From contig CM060733.1 of NCBI GenBank assembly GCA_030704615.1, forward strand, positions 56,296,001 to 56,360,000: 64,000 nt of DNA. Direction: 5' to 3'. The notes below the pieces were generated by a model that ran no database searches, had not been told where the DNA came from, and saw only the letters and a list, made by a program, of their open reading frames with translations. Positions 51,294 through 63,067 of the stretch are shown in pieces. This DNA is from Takakia lepidozioides. Its lineage: Eukaryota > Plantae > Bryophyta. A program made the position numbers and the translations under genes. Every line of letters starts with the position of its first letter. Position 1 is the first letter of the stretch.

Positions 51294-51639
51294 GATAAGA
51301 AAGCTAAGGACACACACGATGCAAAGCATGAAAACCAAACCATCACTCTTAGAAATAGAAGTCGAGCCAGGGGCACCCCAAGCTATGGGGACTCCACCCC
51401 ACAACAACCTACACTCCCATCATAAGCACACTCATATCTGAATCGATGAAGGAGCTCGGTCGCGCAGGCTCAACTCGAGAGAGATGAGCTGCGCGACTGC
51501 CGCTCTCGTGAAGATAAGACAGACCAGGTGTCAAACTAAACTTGACACCTGATTTAACACTTGACCTAAATCCAAGTGTTAAATACAAATAACTAGTTTT
51601 ATTCTAGCTGTTTTTACACTGTGCTTATTTAACTTGACA
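51293..51639 (-). repeat. Element D repeat b, 5' copy
   Basis: Near-identical to 39792-40137. Confidence 0.95.
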
Positions 51640-51643
51640 AGTG

Positions 51644-54600
51644 CACTACCTTGACAAGGTGAAAGAACTCATGTCATTCCAGAAGGTAAACTCTCAGGAG
51701 GTTATAAGGGACATGCTCGTATCTGGAGGGCGTCTGGACATCCCTTTGTGCCGGATGATATCAATGCCTGTTGTGCGTCCACCTCTTTCCCATGACATAA
51801 CAAAATTGGAGAGTGATTTTGTGCATGGATATAGACTTGGTGCACAAGTTTTTTATGTGTCACTGACGGATATAAATGGGAAAAGCACATTAGTGCCTCC
51901 AGAGATTAGTGATAACTGGGATGAGTGCTGGAAAGATGCCAATGAGGAGTTCGAGCTGGGCCTCATGATGGGAAAGAACACCTAGCAATTCTGCAACCAC
52001 ATGTTCTACGTCTGGGACGGCAACCACCGATTGCTGGCATGGATGGGATACATTCAGAAACACCATGCGAAAGACAAAGACAAGCATGTTGCTGTGGAGG
52101 CAATGGTTTTGGATCCTGGAAACGACATCGCTAGGCTTCTTACAGCTATGCACGACGTGAACAAGTAAGTCATCCAGGAGATTTCATTCCCTCTGTAGTG
52201 TCTTATTAATCCTCAAAAAACAGTGTTAAGGAATGCAATGTTTCCAATGTTTTTGCAGATCGACAGAGAAATTGCATGTGACAACAAGCTTGGTTCACAC
52301 ACTATTCCGAATTCAGAGGATTGGTCTGATGAAGCTGGATGATTTTCGGACAGTACTACCACCCAATATCATCAAGAAGTGCGAAACAGGAAGAGCTGCA
52401 GGCACTTGGTATTCTTTGACATGAGAGGCGTTTCTGGAGTACATGTATGCGGTAAGCCCGAGTCTGTACTCTGTTTACTTTTCGAATACATGTTTGTAGT
52501 CCCTTCGCAGCTAATCACTACTTGAATCAATGCAGCAAGAACTGGCAGAGGCAGCTGAGAAGGGAAAATCCGAATATTACCGCACTACACCAGAGGAACT
52601 AAGGACATCAAAGGGTGTGGAAGCTGCAATAAAGAAGGAGTTTGAAATGCGAAGAACCAAATTGATGTCCGCCTTCGGAAAGCAGCTTAGAATAGTAGAT
52701 CCTGGACTTGGTCCTGAGTTCCTTCAGCAGATCAAAACACATTATGACAAGCATGTGCATCCGGAGATGCAGCAGGAGAAATTGCACCGGCTGGCCATAT
52801 CGATGGTCGACCCACAAACAAAAATAAGGTGGCTGGAGATATGGAACTCAGATCAAACAGTAAAGGACTTGAATCAGTTCCCAAAGAGCACCATACAGCC
52901 TGGCACAAAGGTGGAAGGAATCAGTGATTTGGTGTTTGATAACTGGCTCCACAAGGCTACATTTTGGAGTCAGGTGTGTATTCAAACATGCCGTTTTCTT
53001 CTCTTCAAGTATGTGATGAGTATCTTATTTGCAATTCTGACAAATATACTATTTGCAGCTCGAAAAGCGCGCCGTTATTGTGCTGGATCAGACTTTGAAG
53101 GACCTGAACATTTTGATTGTTTCCCCTCCCCAAATGTCATTGGAGGCATACATAAGGAAGTGGAGAGGTCTCACCTGGAGATACTGTTTTTTCCGGGAGT
53201 TCTCCAAAGATGGTAACATTTTACGGTCCAACGACTTTGACAGTCAGGTTGGAGGAGAGTGGGCCATGATGCGAGTTGTGTACAGGTGCAATGTCATACT
53301 TGAAACTCTACTGCTTTTTTGGGAAAAAATGTGGCTTCATAAGGATTGCAATCATAGATCCAGATTGAATGTCGTTGACGACATTCACTTCTTTGTCTGA
53401 GTCATTCTTAAACGAGTATATGAATTCACCTGGTTAGGATATAAGGGTGTAATTATAGTGTCCCTGATTAGAATTGATAATGTCCTTGAATGGCGTTGAC
53501 GACATTCACATCCGGAGTTGTTGAGAGGTCCTCAGAGTTATGTAAATTTTTGTAATGTCCATAGAGGTTACAGTGAGGGTTCCTCACTTCATATTGCTGA
53601 CTGTCAATGCAGACATTCAGTTGTTCTGCATTGTTTTTGCCTCTTGCGAGGAATCTGGAGGCTTGATAAGCTCTGTTATGAGAAATCCAAAGTGAATGTC
53701 GTTGACGACATTCACTTCTGTGTCTGTATTATTCAACAGCGACAATTTGAATTTACATGGATTGGGAGCTAAGTAATTGGTTCCTTGTTGGTATTTTTGT
53801 GAATGGCGTTGACGCCATTCACGTACAGTGTTGTTGTGAGGTCCTCAGTGATATGTTCGTTATGAATGTGCATTGAGTTTTCCTGGAGGGTTCCTTACTC
53901 GAGTTTATGATTTCCATCCTGTGATTTTGCTTCATTTGAGGAATAATTAGGCTTGATTAGTGAATGTCGTTGACGACATTCACTTCTATGTCTGTGTCAT
54001 TCCAAAACGATAGTTTGCATTCACCTGGATTAGGGTGTATTTACAGTATCATTGAATGGAATGTTTTGAATGGCGTTGACGACATTTACATCTGGAGCAT
54101 TCGTGTGGTCCTGAAAGGTCCTTGGAGCAATTCTCAGAGCCATTTCAATCTATGTTTTTTTCATTCTGTTCTACTTGCATCTTATTCACTGAGCGCTTTT
54201 GTGGGTTGGGATTTATCTCATTTTTTCAGGTACACGAAATATGTGCTTATGGAAGGAAATCACCTGAGCGAAATTCCAGACTATCTTGACATGTGGTCGG
54301 ACCCTGCAAACGATCCAACCATGTATACTGCAGGGATATTGAAGGATTGGAGTCCTTCTCACTTCAGAGACTGTGGGTGGTACCTTGACTGCCCACCGGA
54401 GCACACGACCTTTCAAGAACAGCATATGAAATACTTGAACAATAACGCTGAGATGCTGGCGCCTTTGACTGATGAAGAGTACCAACGAAACATAGCAACA
54501 TTGGCTGCCAAGGAGCCTGATGCTCAGGGAACGCCGCAGAAGGGAAAGAAGGCGGGCCGCAAACCAAAAGACAAGGCTGTTGATGTCATAGCCATCTCAC

Positions 54601-56425
54601 CAGCAAAGCCAAAGGACAAAGACAAGTCCAAAGAGAAGGAAAAGGACAAGGGGAAGGAGAAAGAAAAGGAGATGGAGAGTGGGCAGGACTTTACTGCTGG
54701 AAGATATACCCGCACTGTTCAGTGCGTGTTCGATGCCAAGCCACACCCTTCCCGTTCTGATTCGGCAGGAGAGATGAAAATTGTTAATGAGGGTTGGCTG
54801 TCGATGATGCAGAGTCGAAAGAGAGGATGCATTGGGGTGCCATCGCCTACCTGGGACAATATAATCTCATTCCTCAATCTGGTGAGAATTCCAGTTTCTT
54901 TCCTTTTTCTCTGAAAGTTTCGTTGGCAGTATTTCAGTCTCGTTCTTTGAAAACATTCTTGCTTTTGTTCTTATAAAAAACATGTCTGTTGCAGGTGAGC
55001 ACAGGTCCCACCTTCGTGTGCGGTGTGCAGAAAACTTATTCGGCCGACATTGTCATTCTCGACATTCCGGATGGCCAGGCTGTGCCAAAAGTTCTTCCAA
55101 AGGGCAAGACGTCAGGCTGAAACAAATTCGAGGACAACTACTGGAGTTGGGTGTTCGGGTTCTGTAATAACTTCCTCTCTGATGCAGGGACACTTCTGCT
55201 TTTTCAGTCATGTGACAATGATAGTCGTCGGGCATTGGCATCATACCTCAAGTCTTCAGGGTTTGAAGTTTTGCGCACATGGAATTGTGTGAACAGCCTC
55301 TACCTTGTGAAAGGGGGTTTCCCTGGTCAGCTGGTATGCCGTCTCCCTTCTGCTTGTGCTTTCATGATCAGTTTCAATGTTCTCTGCAGCTCCACTCTAG
55401 TAGAATCTGTTATGATCGACAACGATCATCACCGATTCGTGATAAAAATGATTTTTTTGTGTCTGAGTTCTGAATAGCCGATGTACACACTTCCACTATA
55501 GATTGTGTTTACCACACTAACCTGCTATCTTTGGCAGACGAGGATGTTCGAGGCGATCTACCTGCGGAGGATTCGCACCTCAAAGACATCATCCTCCATC
55601 CGCAACTTTGAGATTTCTGACCAGGGTTGTTTCGTCAACCCCCCCTATGAGCCCCATGTCGATGACATTTTGTACAACTTCATGCAGTCCAGTCAGACTC
55701 TGAAGAGACCAGATGGCACTCCCTGGAGAGGTGCAAAGGAAAAGTCCCCAGCGTTCATGCAAATACTGCTGGAGTCATGCAGCCACCGCTCTGCACGGGT
55801 GGTCGATCTTTCTGTGTCCACAGGTTCGTTCTTTCCCTTCCGAATTGGTTTTCTTTCAACAGTTTCATCTGCTTAAATCCCCCCACCAAACTGTTCATGT
55901 CCTCCTATGTGGTGCAGGAGCAACTTACCATGCATGCAAGGCAGGCGGAAGAAGCTTTTTTGGCATGGAGGGTGATTCTGACCTCTACAACACAGTGCTC
56001 CTCCCCCTTTTGTCTGGCTCCACTTCAGGCACACAGACTGATTGGATTCAAATTCGAAATGATGACGATCCCGAAGATAAGCAGGTCGACAACGACTTTT
56101 CATGTGAGTAAGTGCTAAACCCTCTTTGGGAGCCATACTCAATTTCTCAATAACATCAAAGTTACAATAATAACTTTTTCAGGCTGTCTTTCAGGAAAGG
56201 CAGTGGTGGATCTTCAGGAGATACAGTCATTTCTGGCGAGTCTGTTTTCGACAGCCCCCTTTCCAATTTTCTGCTTCCTGTTTATGCCGAAGCAATGGCA
56301 CTTCACGCGGCCGAGTCCCTATCCCCTGACTTTTTAGTGGCCAGCCGTAGGTGTATCCAGCGTGGATCCGGTGTTCTAAAATACATAGACTTAGATGCAG
56401 AGGAAGCGGGGATACATTGTACTGA
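51644..56425 (+). pseudogene. Element B cargo gene: ParB/Srx-like domain, helical linker and beta-class N4/N6 DNA methyltransferase-like domain (multi-exon, several point-mutation stops)
   Basis: Predicted exons 51644-52164, 52259-52451, 52536-52973, 53059-53212, 54230-54881, 54995-55333, 55538-55823, 55918-~56104 and ~56183-56425, with GT-AG introns. IPLCRM...VR..L..DITKL....GY and FYVWDGNHR (52016-52030); DIVILDIPDG; PWRGAKEKSPAFMQILLESCS...VVDLSVSTG|ATYHAC...GRSFFGME. Confidence 0.8.
53367..54089. repeat. Six copies of the palindrome GTGAATG(T/G)CGT-TG-ACG(A/C)CATTCAC in a cargo-gene intron of B
   Basis: Copies at about 53367, 53488, 53692, 53799, 53960 and 54068; degenerate copies also at about 39120-39560. 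Confidence 0.85.
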
Positions 56426-57117
56426 CTCTGAGTCAGACTGAACTGTATTCTTTTAATATTCATTTTCATACTATCTGGAAAACGTTGAATCCCCTTCCTC
56501 CACCGTAGTTGTTCCTTTAGAACAAATAATAATCACAGAATCAACATTCATTTAAATTGCAATATGTATGAATCCATCTCACAAACCTCCCTGACCCTTC
56601 TCATATCCATTGTGCATTCATCTACAGTGTATTCATGCGTGCTCCATTCATGAATTTTTCCTTTGTTCAACATCCATTGTACATTCATCCTCTGTACTCT
56701 TTAATCCACCCCACAAACCTTCCACACTCATTTCATATACGTTGTGCATTCGTCAAAAGTTTTGGTCATGCATCTTCCTGTCATGAATTTTTGTCATTGC
56801 TCAACATCCATTATACATTCATCCATTTTACTCTTATCCATCCCTCATTCATCCATCTACATTCATTTTTCACACTCATCCATCTGTTTATCATCCAACT
56901 GTACATTCATCCATCCTTTATTCAATGCCTTTTATTATGTCGTCCAGCTTGTTTCCGCGGTAAAGGGTGCCAATCCGCGGGAATACACTCCACTTCTTTC
57001 TGGGCGCGTGGTGACGCGGCCTTCACGTGTGATGACGTGGAGTGAGCCCCGTGACGTGGCGTGAGCGCAGTTGCGCTCACGCGCTCACGTGACAAGGCTC
57101 ACGCCGAGGCATCCCTG

Positions 57118-60100
57118 ACAACCTGCTAGCATAATACACAGGTGAATCTATGTTTCCTGTGATATTTTGGGCTAACACAGCTCCCAATGCTTCTCCTGAG
57201 GCATCACAATGTACATGAAATACTACATGCCAGTATGGGTTAATCAATACAGGTGTAGTTGTTACTGACAATGTAAGTTCCTCAAAAGCCTGTTGACATT
57301 CAGTTGTCCATATAAACATTGCAACCTTCTTCAGAAGCCTGCTCAAAGGTGATGTCATCTGTGCATATCGCCTGACAAATCTTCTGTAATAACTGGTTTG
57401 TCCAAGGAATCTCCTTAGACTTTTAACATTTCCTGGTGGTGGAGATGCTTTAATGGCCTTTGTCTTTCTGGGATCCACAAGCAGTCCCCTCTTACACACG
57501 ATGTGTCCCAGAAGTACCCCTGAATTCACACAGAAAGTACACTTTTCTGGATTCAACCCAAGACCTCTCATCCTGCATCTGGCCAAGCATAATTCCAACT
57601 TCTGCAAGTGCTCATTCTTGGAGCTGTACACACTGAAGTCATCTAAGAACACTTTCATAAAATCATCCAGATACTCATGGAAGGATTCACTTATCACTCT
57701 CTGAAAAGTTGCTGGTGCATTACAAAGTCCAAAAGGCATGACTTTGTATGCATAAGCACCCTTGTCTGTAATGAAAGCTGTCTTTCCCTGGTCTTTTTCT
57801 GTCACTTGCACTTGGTTATACCTACTGAAGCCATCCATGAATGAGTACATCTCATGGCCTGCCACAGTGTCCAGTACCGCTTCTGTGAATGGCAAAGGAA
57901 AGGGATCTTTCTTTGTACAAGCATCCAACTTCTTATAGTTCACACAAACTCTCAGTTTGCCATTCTTCTTGGGGGCTATCACAATGGGTAACAACCAAGT
58001 TGTATACTCTATTGGGTATATGAACTTAGCCTCAGCCAACTTCTTGATCTCTTCCCCAACCTTCTGTGCATAGTTAGGATTCATCCTGTACCTAGTCTGT
58101 TTGATTGGCACTGACCCTGGTTCCAATACAATCTTATGCTGGCAAATCTCAGGTGGTATCCCTTTCAGATCCTCATAGCTCCAAGCAAATACATCTTTGT
58201 ATTTGATGAATAGGCTCTTAGCTTCCTCAAAGAATTCTGACTCCAAGTCAGCCCCTACTTTCACCATTCTTGGTTCCTCCTCAGTTCCCACATTCACGTC
58301 TCTCACCTGCTCTTCAACTGTGATTGTCCATCCAGCCACTACTTCATCCTGTAAACTCACAGTGGCTGGTTCTTCTAGGATTTCCATTTCTCCCTCTCTT
58401 TCCTCATAGAAATATGGTGGGTAACTACTTGTTTCCCCCTCAATTGGTGTTGCTGTCACTGCTCCACAGCAGATACCTTTAAAACAACTCAAGCCTCCCA
58501 GTTGCATTTCTGCAACCTGCTCCCACTCTAGATGCGCAACAAACAGGGTAGCTTCATGCTCCTCATCGAGTCCTCCCCTCCAGTCATACTCTCTGACTCC
58601 ACGAGGTCTCCTGGTAGCAGGTAGCCTACTAGATTTCTTAGTGGTGACCTGTATCTTGTGCTTCCCATCATGCACAGTCAGTAACTGGGAATTCCAGTCA
58701 TGGAATACCCTGGCCTGTTTTAGCCAAGGTCGACCCAGCAATAAGGAGTAAGCTTCCATAACATCATCCATTTTCAACACAGTCAGTGTGATCTTAAAAA
58801 TCATCTCTTGGATCTGTATCTTTACTCCTCTTATCAAGCCTAAAGGTTGTACACTCATTTGATCTGCCATTGTTACTGTAAATGGGGCTGGTTTCATGTT
58901 ACTCAGACCAAGCTTCTGCCTTAATTGGTCTATCATAATATTCACTCCCGAGCCCCCATCTATCAGTACATCAGTCAAGTCTGTGCTTTCAATTTTCAAT
59001 TGGATTACTGGCATAGAATCATCAAAGTCCATGACTATTTCTCGCCCTTTAGGCCTCACATTATAACTTGTCACCTTGCTGTTCAGGTCTGTGTTCTCTG
59101 TCACATGAGCAATCTGATTAATTGCTTGATACAGCATGTGCCTACAATGAGGTGCCACAGCCAATAGCTGTCTAATGGTAATCTCAACTTTGGTCTGGCA
59201 TATTACTTCAGCCAAAGTCCCCTCATTACTCTGCACTTGTGCAACTTCCTTCTTCACTTCCTCTTCACCCTTTCCATCTTCTCTATCAGAGTCAGAAGTA
59301 TCTGCCATAGGGATATCCATTATGGTGTCAGCCACTTCCCTGTGTAATTCCTTCTCATCTTTCCAAGCCTCATCATCTTCAGACACATCACTTCCATCCT
59401 CATTACCATCTTCTTCCTCATCCACTGGAGGTATTAGCTTAGCTTTGCTTCTGGTTACTATCATTGTACTTACTTCTGGTACAAAACATGGCCTAACCAT
59501 GTGAGCTGCCACCACTGGGCCCTCATTCACAGGAGCTCTCATCTCATTCTGGTGTCTGATCCAAAATGGACAGGCTACCTTGCGATATCCCGCCTGATTA
59601 CAGTAGTAACACAGTTCTTCACCATTGGGTCCTCGCCCTTGGTCTGCTGTGGGATTATTTCTATAATCCTGATTCCCTGGCTGGTAATTCCCCTTTGGAT
59701 TACCCTGGTAGTAGCCTCTGGGATTGCCTTGGTAATTCCCTCTTGGATTACCTCTCCCTGCCATACCATTGTTGTAACCACCAAGCCTTCCATAGTGGTC
59801 CTGATCATTGTTCCTCCTTGGCTGGGGCTGCACTTGATGCACCCTCACTTGCCTAGGTTCTCTCGCAGCTGTCTTTCTGTTGTGGTAACAATTCTCAGTA
59901 GAATGGTTATCCATTTTACAAATGATACAGTGTTTCTCCTTCATGTGACATTCAGCTGTGGTATGGCCTTCATTCTGGCATTTTGCACACCAAACACCCT
60001 TCCTCCAATGTGTTGCAGCCTCTGTGGCATACTTCTTCAAGATCTCCTCCAGTCTTTTCTCATAGTTTTCCCTTTTCAACTTTTTCTTTTTCTTACACTT

Positions 60101-60676
60101 CCTTTTGAGCTCTTGCTCTTCTTCTTTCTCTGACTCATCTTCAGAGTCCTCATCATCCCTTTTTTCTCTTTTGAGCATCCCCAATTGCTCAATTATGTTG
60201 GCTGTTTCAAATGCCTCCTCCACTGTATTATGGGGTAGCATATCCACTTTCTTTTGTAATTCAGGTCTTAATCCACTCACAAACCAGGTCTTCTGTAACC
60301 CTGGTGCTGGTACAACAGCCAACTTTTTCATCATCAATTCCATCTTTTCCATGTACTCTTCAACAGTTTCATGCTTCTTTTGCTTTAGCTGTTGTAAACT
60401 TCCATACACTTCATCCTCAGTTTTACTTGTCCTGAACCTATTTCGGAATGTTATACTAAGGCCATTCCAGGTTAGGAAATGATTGTCAGGGAATCTTGCA
60501 TACCATTCACTTGCTTTCTTGATAAGTGAACAAGGAAACAGTCTCATCTTGGCATCATCGCCATTCTCATTGTTCACAATACACATGTGCTCAAATTGGC
60601 TAATGTGTACATCAGGATCCCCTTCCCCTGCATATATTGGAAAATGTGGTTTTGCCCGTGTTGGAGGTACCGCCAT
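57118..60676 (-). CDS. Element A gag-protease-RT-RNase H (N-terminal part), interrupted by MULE B
   Basis: Gag core, Zn knuckles, LIDGGSG protease, MPFGLCNAPATFQ, FLDD, HCDAS. Confidence 0.95.
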
Positions 60677-60691
60677 CTGTGGCCCTACACC

Positions 60692-62024
60692 CTACCCACT
60701 GACAGGTGCTGGTCCTCTTGTTGGTGCTGGTCCTTGAGGACCTATTGTTGTAGTGGTGGATCTTCCACCAGATGCTGGCCCCTGAGCACTTTCTGCTACT
60801 GGCCCTTCTATACTCATAGTATTCCCAGCTCCAGTTGCACTACTTCCCACACTCCCTGTCCCCCCAGAGCCAGATCCAAGCTTCTGGCCTGATCCCCCTG
60901 AGCCGACACCTTTGTTGGCCTGTGACTCAAGTGCTCCACTTGATCCAGGTCCAACAGGTTGGGATGTCCTGGTTGTAGTCTCAACCTCAACTGTTGGGTC
61001 TACTTCTTCATACCCCTCATCTTCCAAATTCTTCTCTCTGTTTCCATCTTCCAAGTTCTTCTCTTGGATTTCTTCTTCTTCACTCATGTAACTCAATTGC
61101 AATGGTATTGGAGAGTCTGAACTCTCCGTTGGCTCTACCACATCTTCCTCTCCCTCTTTATCTTGTGATTTAGAAACTGGAGTTCCTGCCTTTGGTGTCC
61201 CATGCCAACTCTTATCAAAGATTTATGTCAAATCTTTTATCCAGGGATGTACCTCAGATCTCTCCCTCGTGGCTGATCTTCTTCCTATACCAAATCCCTT
61301 AATCTTTCTTGTAAAGAATAAGAAGGAGTGGCATCCAACTCTGGTTCCTCCGGTATGGGTGATGTACTCTTCGACCTTAATGGTGTGAGAGGTCCAGATG
61401 ATTTTCCTATGTCTATTCCTCTCTCCCAAAGATATGGATAATTAGCTTTCAAATAACTCTCTCTCTTTGCTGAATATCTGTGAAGTCTAGCTTCTCTTTC
61501 ATCACTCATGTCCCATGTCTTTCATATTTTCAATGAGGCAATAACCAAAACTCTCTCCTGTAGTATCTCTCGTATATGCCTGGATTTCTTTCAAGCTTCA
61601 ATGCACCCTTGGCTATACTAAAAGTCTTTGTTACCATATAACCGTATGGCAAACACATTTGGAAAGCTGTTCTTGGTGTAAGTTTGATCCACAAGATATC
61701 CTTTGGAATCCAATTCTTTACCAATACAAGTTCTTCATGCATATGAGTGTAAAAATTCACTTTCCGTTCCTCCTAGCCTTCAAACTCCACTCGTTTAATG
61801 GATAGCTACGCTATCACATAAACCAGTGTTGGTAACCAACTTGCTCTCCCTCTACAGGCCACTTGATAAATCTTTATCACTCCTTTCTCCAAGCCCCAAT
61901 CAGAATCTGCATCATGTACTCTCTTAAGAATGTTTTCTTTGCAACTGTCTGGCAATTCCAAGAATCTCTGAAAGAATTGCTTGGACAACCTCTCTTTCTC
62001 AGTTCCACAGGGAATTTGATTCAC
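60692..62024 (-). pseudogene. Degenerate N-terminal gag extension or upstream ORF of element A
   Basis: Series of same-strand ORF fragments separated by single stops. Confidence 0.5.
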
Positions 62025-62093
62025 ATCAAATTCTTTAATTCTCCAACCACCATGATCCCACCAGATGTCACATCTGGTTGTTCTTGACCTCGT

Positions 62094-62111
62094 TCCCTAG
62101 TATGGTCGCCA
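62094..62111 (-). other. Primer-binding site of element A (TGGCGACCA..., tRNA-Arg-like)
   Basis: TGG begins 2 nt after the 5' LTR on the minus strand. Confidence 0.7.
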
Positions 62112-62113
62112 AA

Positions 62114-63067
62114 TGTCGAGCGGCTTTTACTCACCCATCCCTTCGCTATCCGAGGTGGGAACTCCAAGATAGAAGAGTTGGATATCTCTAAGCACTCAGC
62201 CTGCTCAGAACAATCAGTCATGCCTACAGCTAGTGAATCATGGTTGTGCTTCCTGTTTGTATTTCTTCTTGCCTTCATGTTAGCAAATTACCTTACTCTG
62301 TATACTGAAGCATCAGATTGTTTCAGTATCTATCAGGTTCCATTTACTCATCCATTCATTCCACAGCTTCACTCAAGTCTCTCTACACAGTGTGATTGTA
62401 TCGAATAAGTATCAGATTAAGATTTATCAGGTATCAGGCTGAAGCCAGAGTGTCTCTAATCTGCTCTACAATATCACTACAGCCTTGCATGTAACGAGTA
62501 TCTACTCATCATCTCTCCTCCTTCACCGTGCTCTCCTTCCTTGCTCCTATTCCTGCTCTCCTTCCAATCTCTTTCCGTGAATCACCAAGAAACGCTCTCT
62601 GTGAAAAAGTCCCCCCATGATGCTTGCTCTGCCTATTTTATCTACAAGCTGTTCTAACCGCCTAACTAACTAACTGTCACCTAAGAAGTAACACGTTCCC
62701 TCTGCAGATGTCGTTACCACACAGTCGTTCCCTGCCAATGATAACCGTTTCCTATGTACGTTGTGATGGGCTGTGCCAAACTGTGTCGGGCTGTGACTAT
62801 GCTGAGCTGTGACTGGCTGTGTCGGGCTGTGTCTGGCTGTGCGAAGCTGTGTCGAGCTGTGATTGACTGTGATTGACTGTGACAGACTATGATAGGTTGT
62901 GTACAACTGTGATAGGTTGTGTCGGCCTGTCTACCACCCCTAAAGCATGTGCCTGTCACCCTTAAGGCCTCTGTTGATCTAAGTCTACCATCCGTAAGTT
63001 TGCGCAAAAATTAAGGGTACCCCACAAAGCCCATAAAAGTGTCTAAATCCCAGACAGCCCTCTAACA
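62114..63067 (-). repeat. Element A 5' LTR (954 bp) with internal CTGTG-type short repeats
   Basis: TG...CA; homologous to 1976-2346. Confidence 0.93.

Larger units (their letters stand above)
39706..51639 (-). mobile_element. Element D: Ty3/gypsy retrotransposon with a C5-DNA methyltransferase, PHD-integrase and split direct repeats
   Basis: TGTC...GACA termini; 4-bp TSD AGTG at 39702-39705 and 51640-51643; host frame restored on removal. Confidence 0.93.
23701..57117 (-). mobile_element. Element B: Mutator-like (MULE) transposon with a ParB/MTase-like cargo gene (~11.6 kb without nested elements)
   Basis: Perfect 9-bp TSD ACAACCTGC at 23692-23700 and 57118-57126; removal restores VYYASRLLNSAEMNY of element A; imperfect ~21-bp TIRs CAACGACGCAATGGCGTGAGC / CAGGGATGCCTCGGCGTGAGC. 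Confidence 0.93.
1976..63067 (-). mobile_element. Element A: Ty3/gypsy non-chromovirus LTR retrotransposon (~12.4 kb without nested insertions)
   Basis: TG...CA termini; 5-bp TSD CTAGT at 1971-1975 and 63068-63072; paired LTRs; PBS and PPT; gag-PR-RT-RH-IN order on the minus strand. Confidence 0.95.

Noticed and set aside
39792-51639. Treating element D as a normal LTR element bounded by the two b repeats
   Set aside because: The flanks CACAA and AGTGC do not match, no PPT abuts b, and the host frame is restored only when the terminal a is included.
39706-51639. DIRS/Ngaro classification because of the split direct repeats and MTase
   Set aside because: No tyrosine recombinase was seen; it has a protease, a DDE integrase and a TSD, and the MTase is C5-type.
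55637-55648. NPPY as the catalytic motif IV of B's cargo
   Set aside because: It aligns to DAAM in element C and lies in the variable region rather than after the motif IV strand; probably coincidental.
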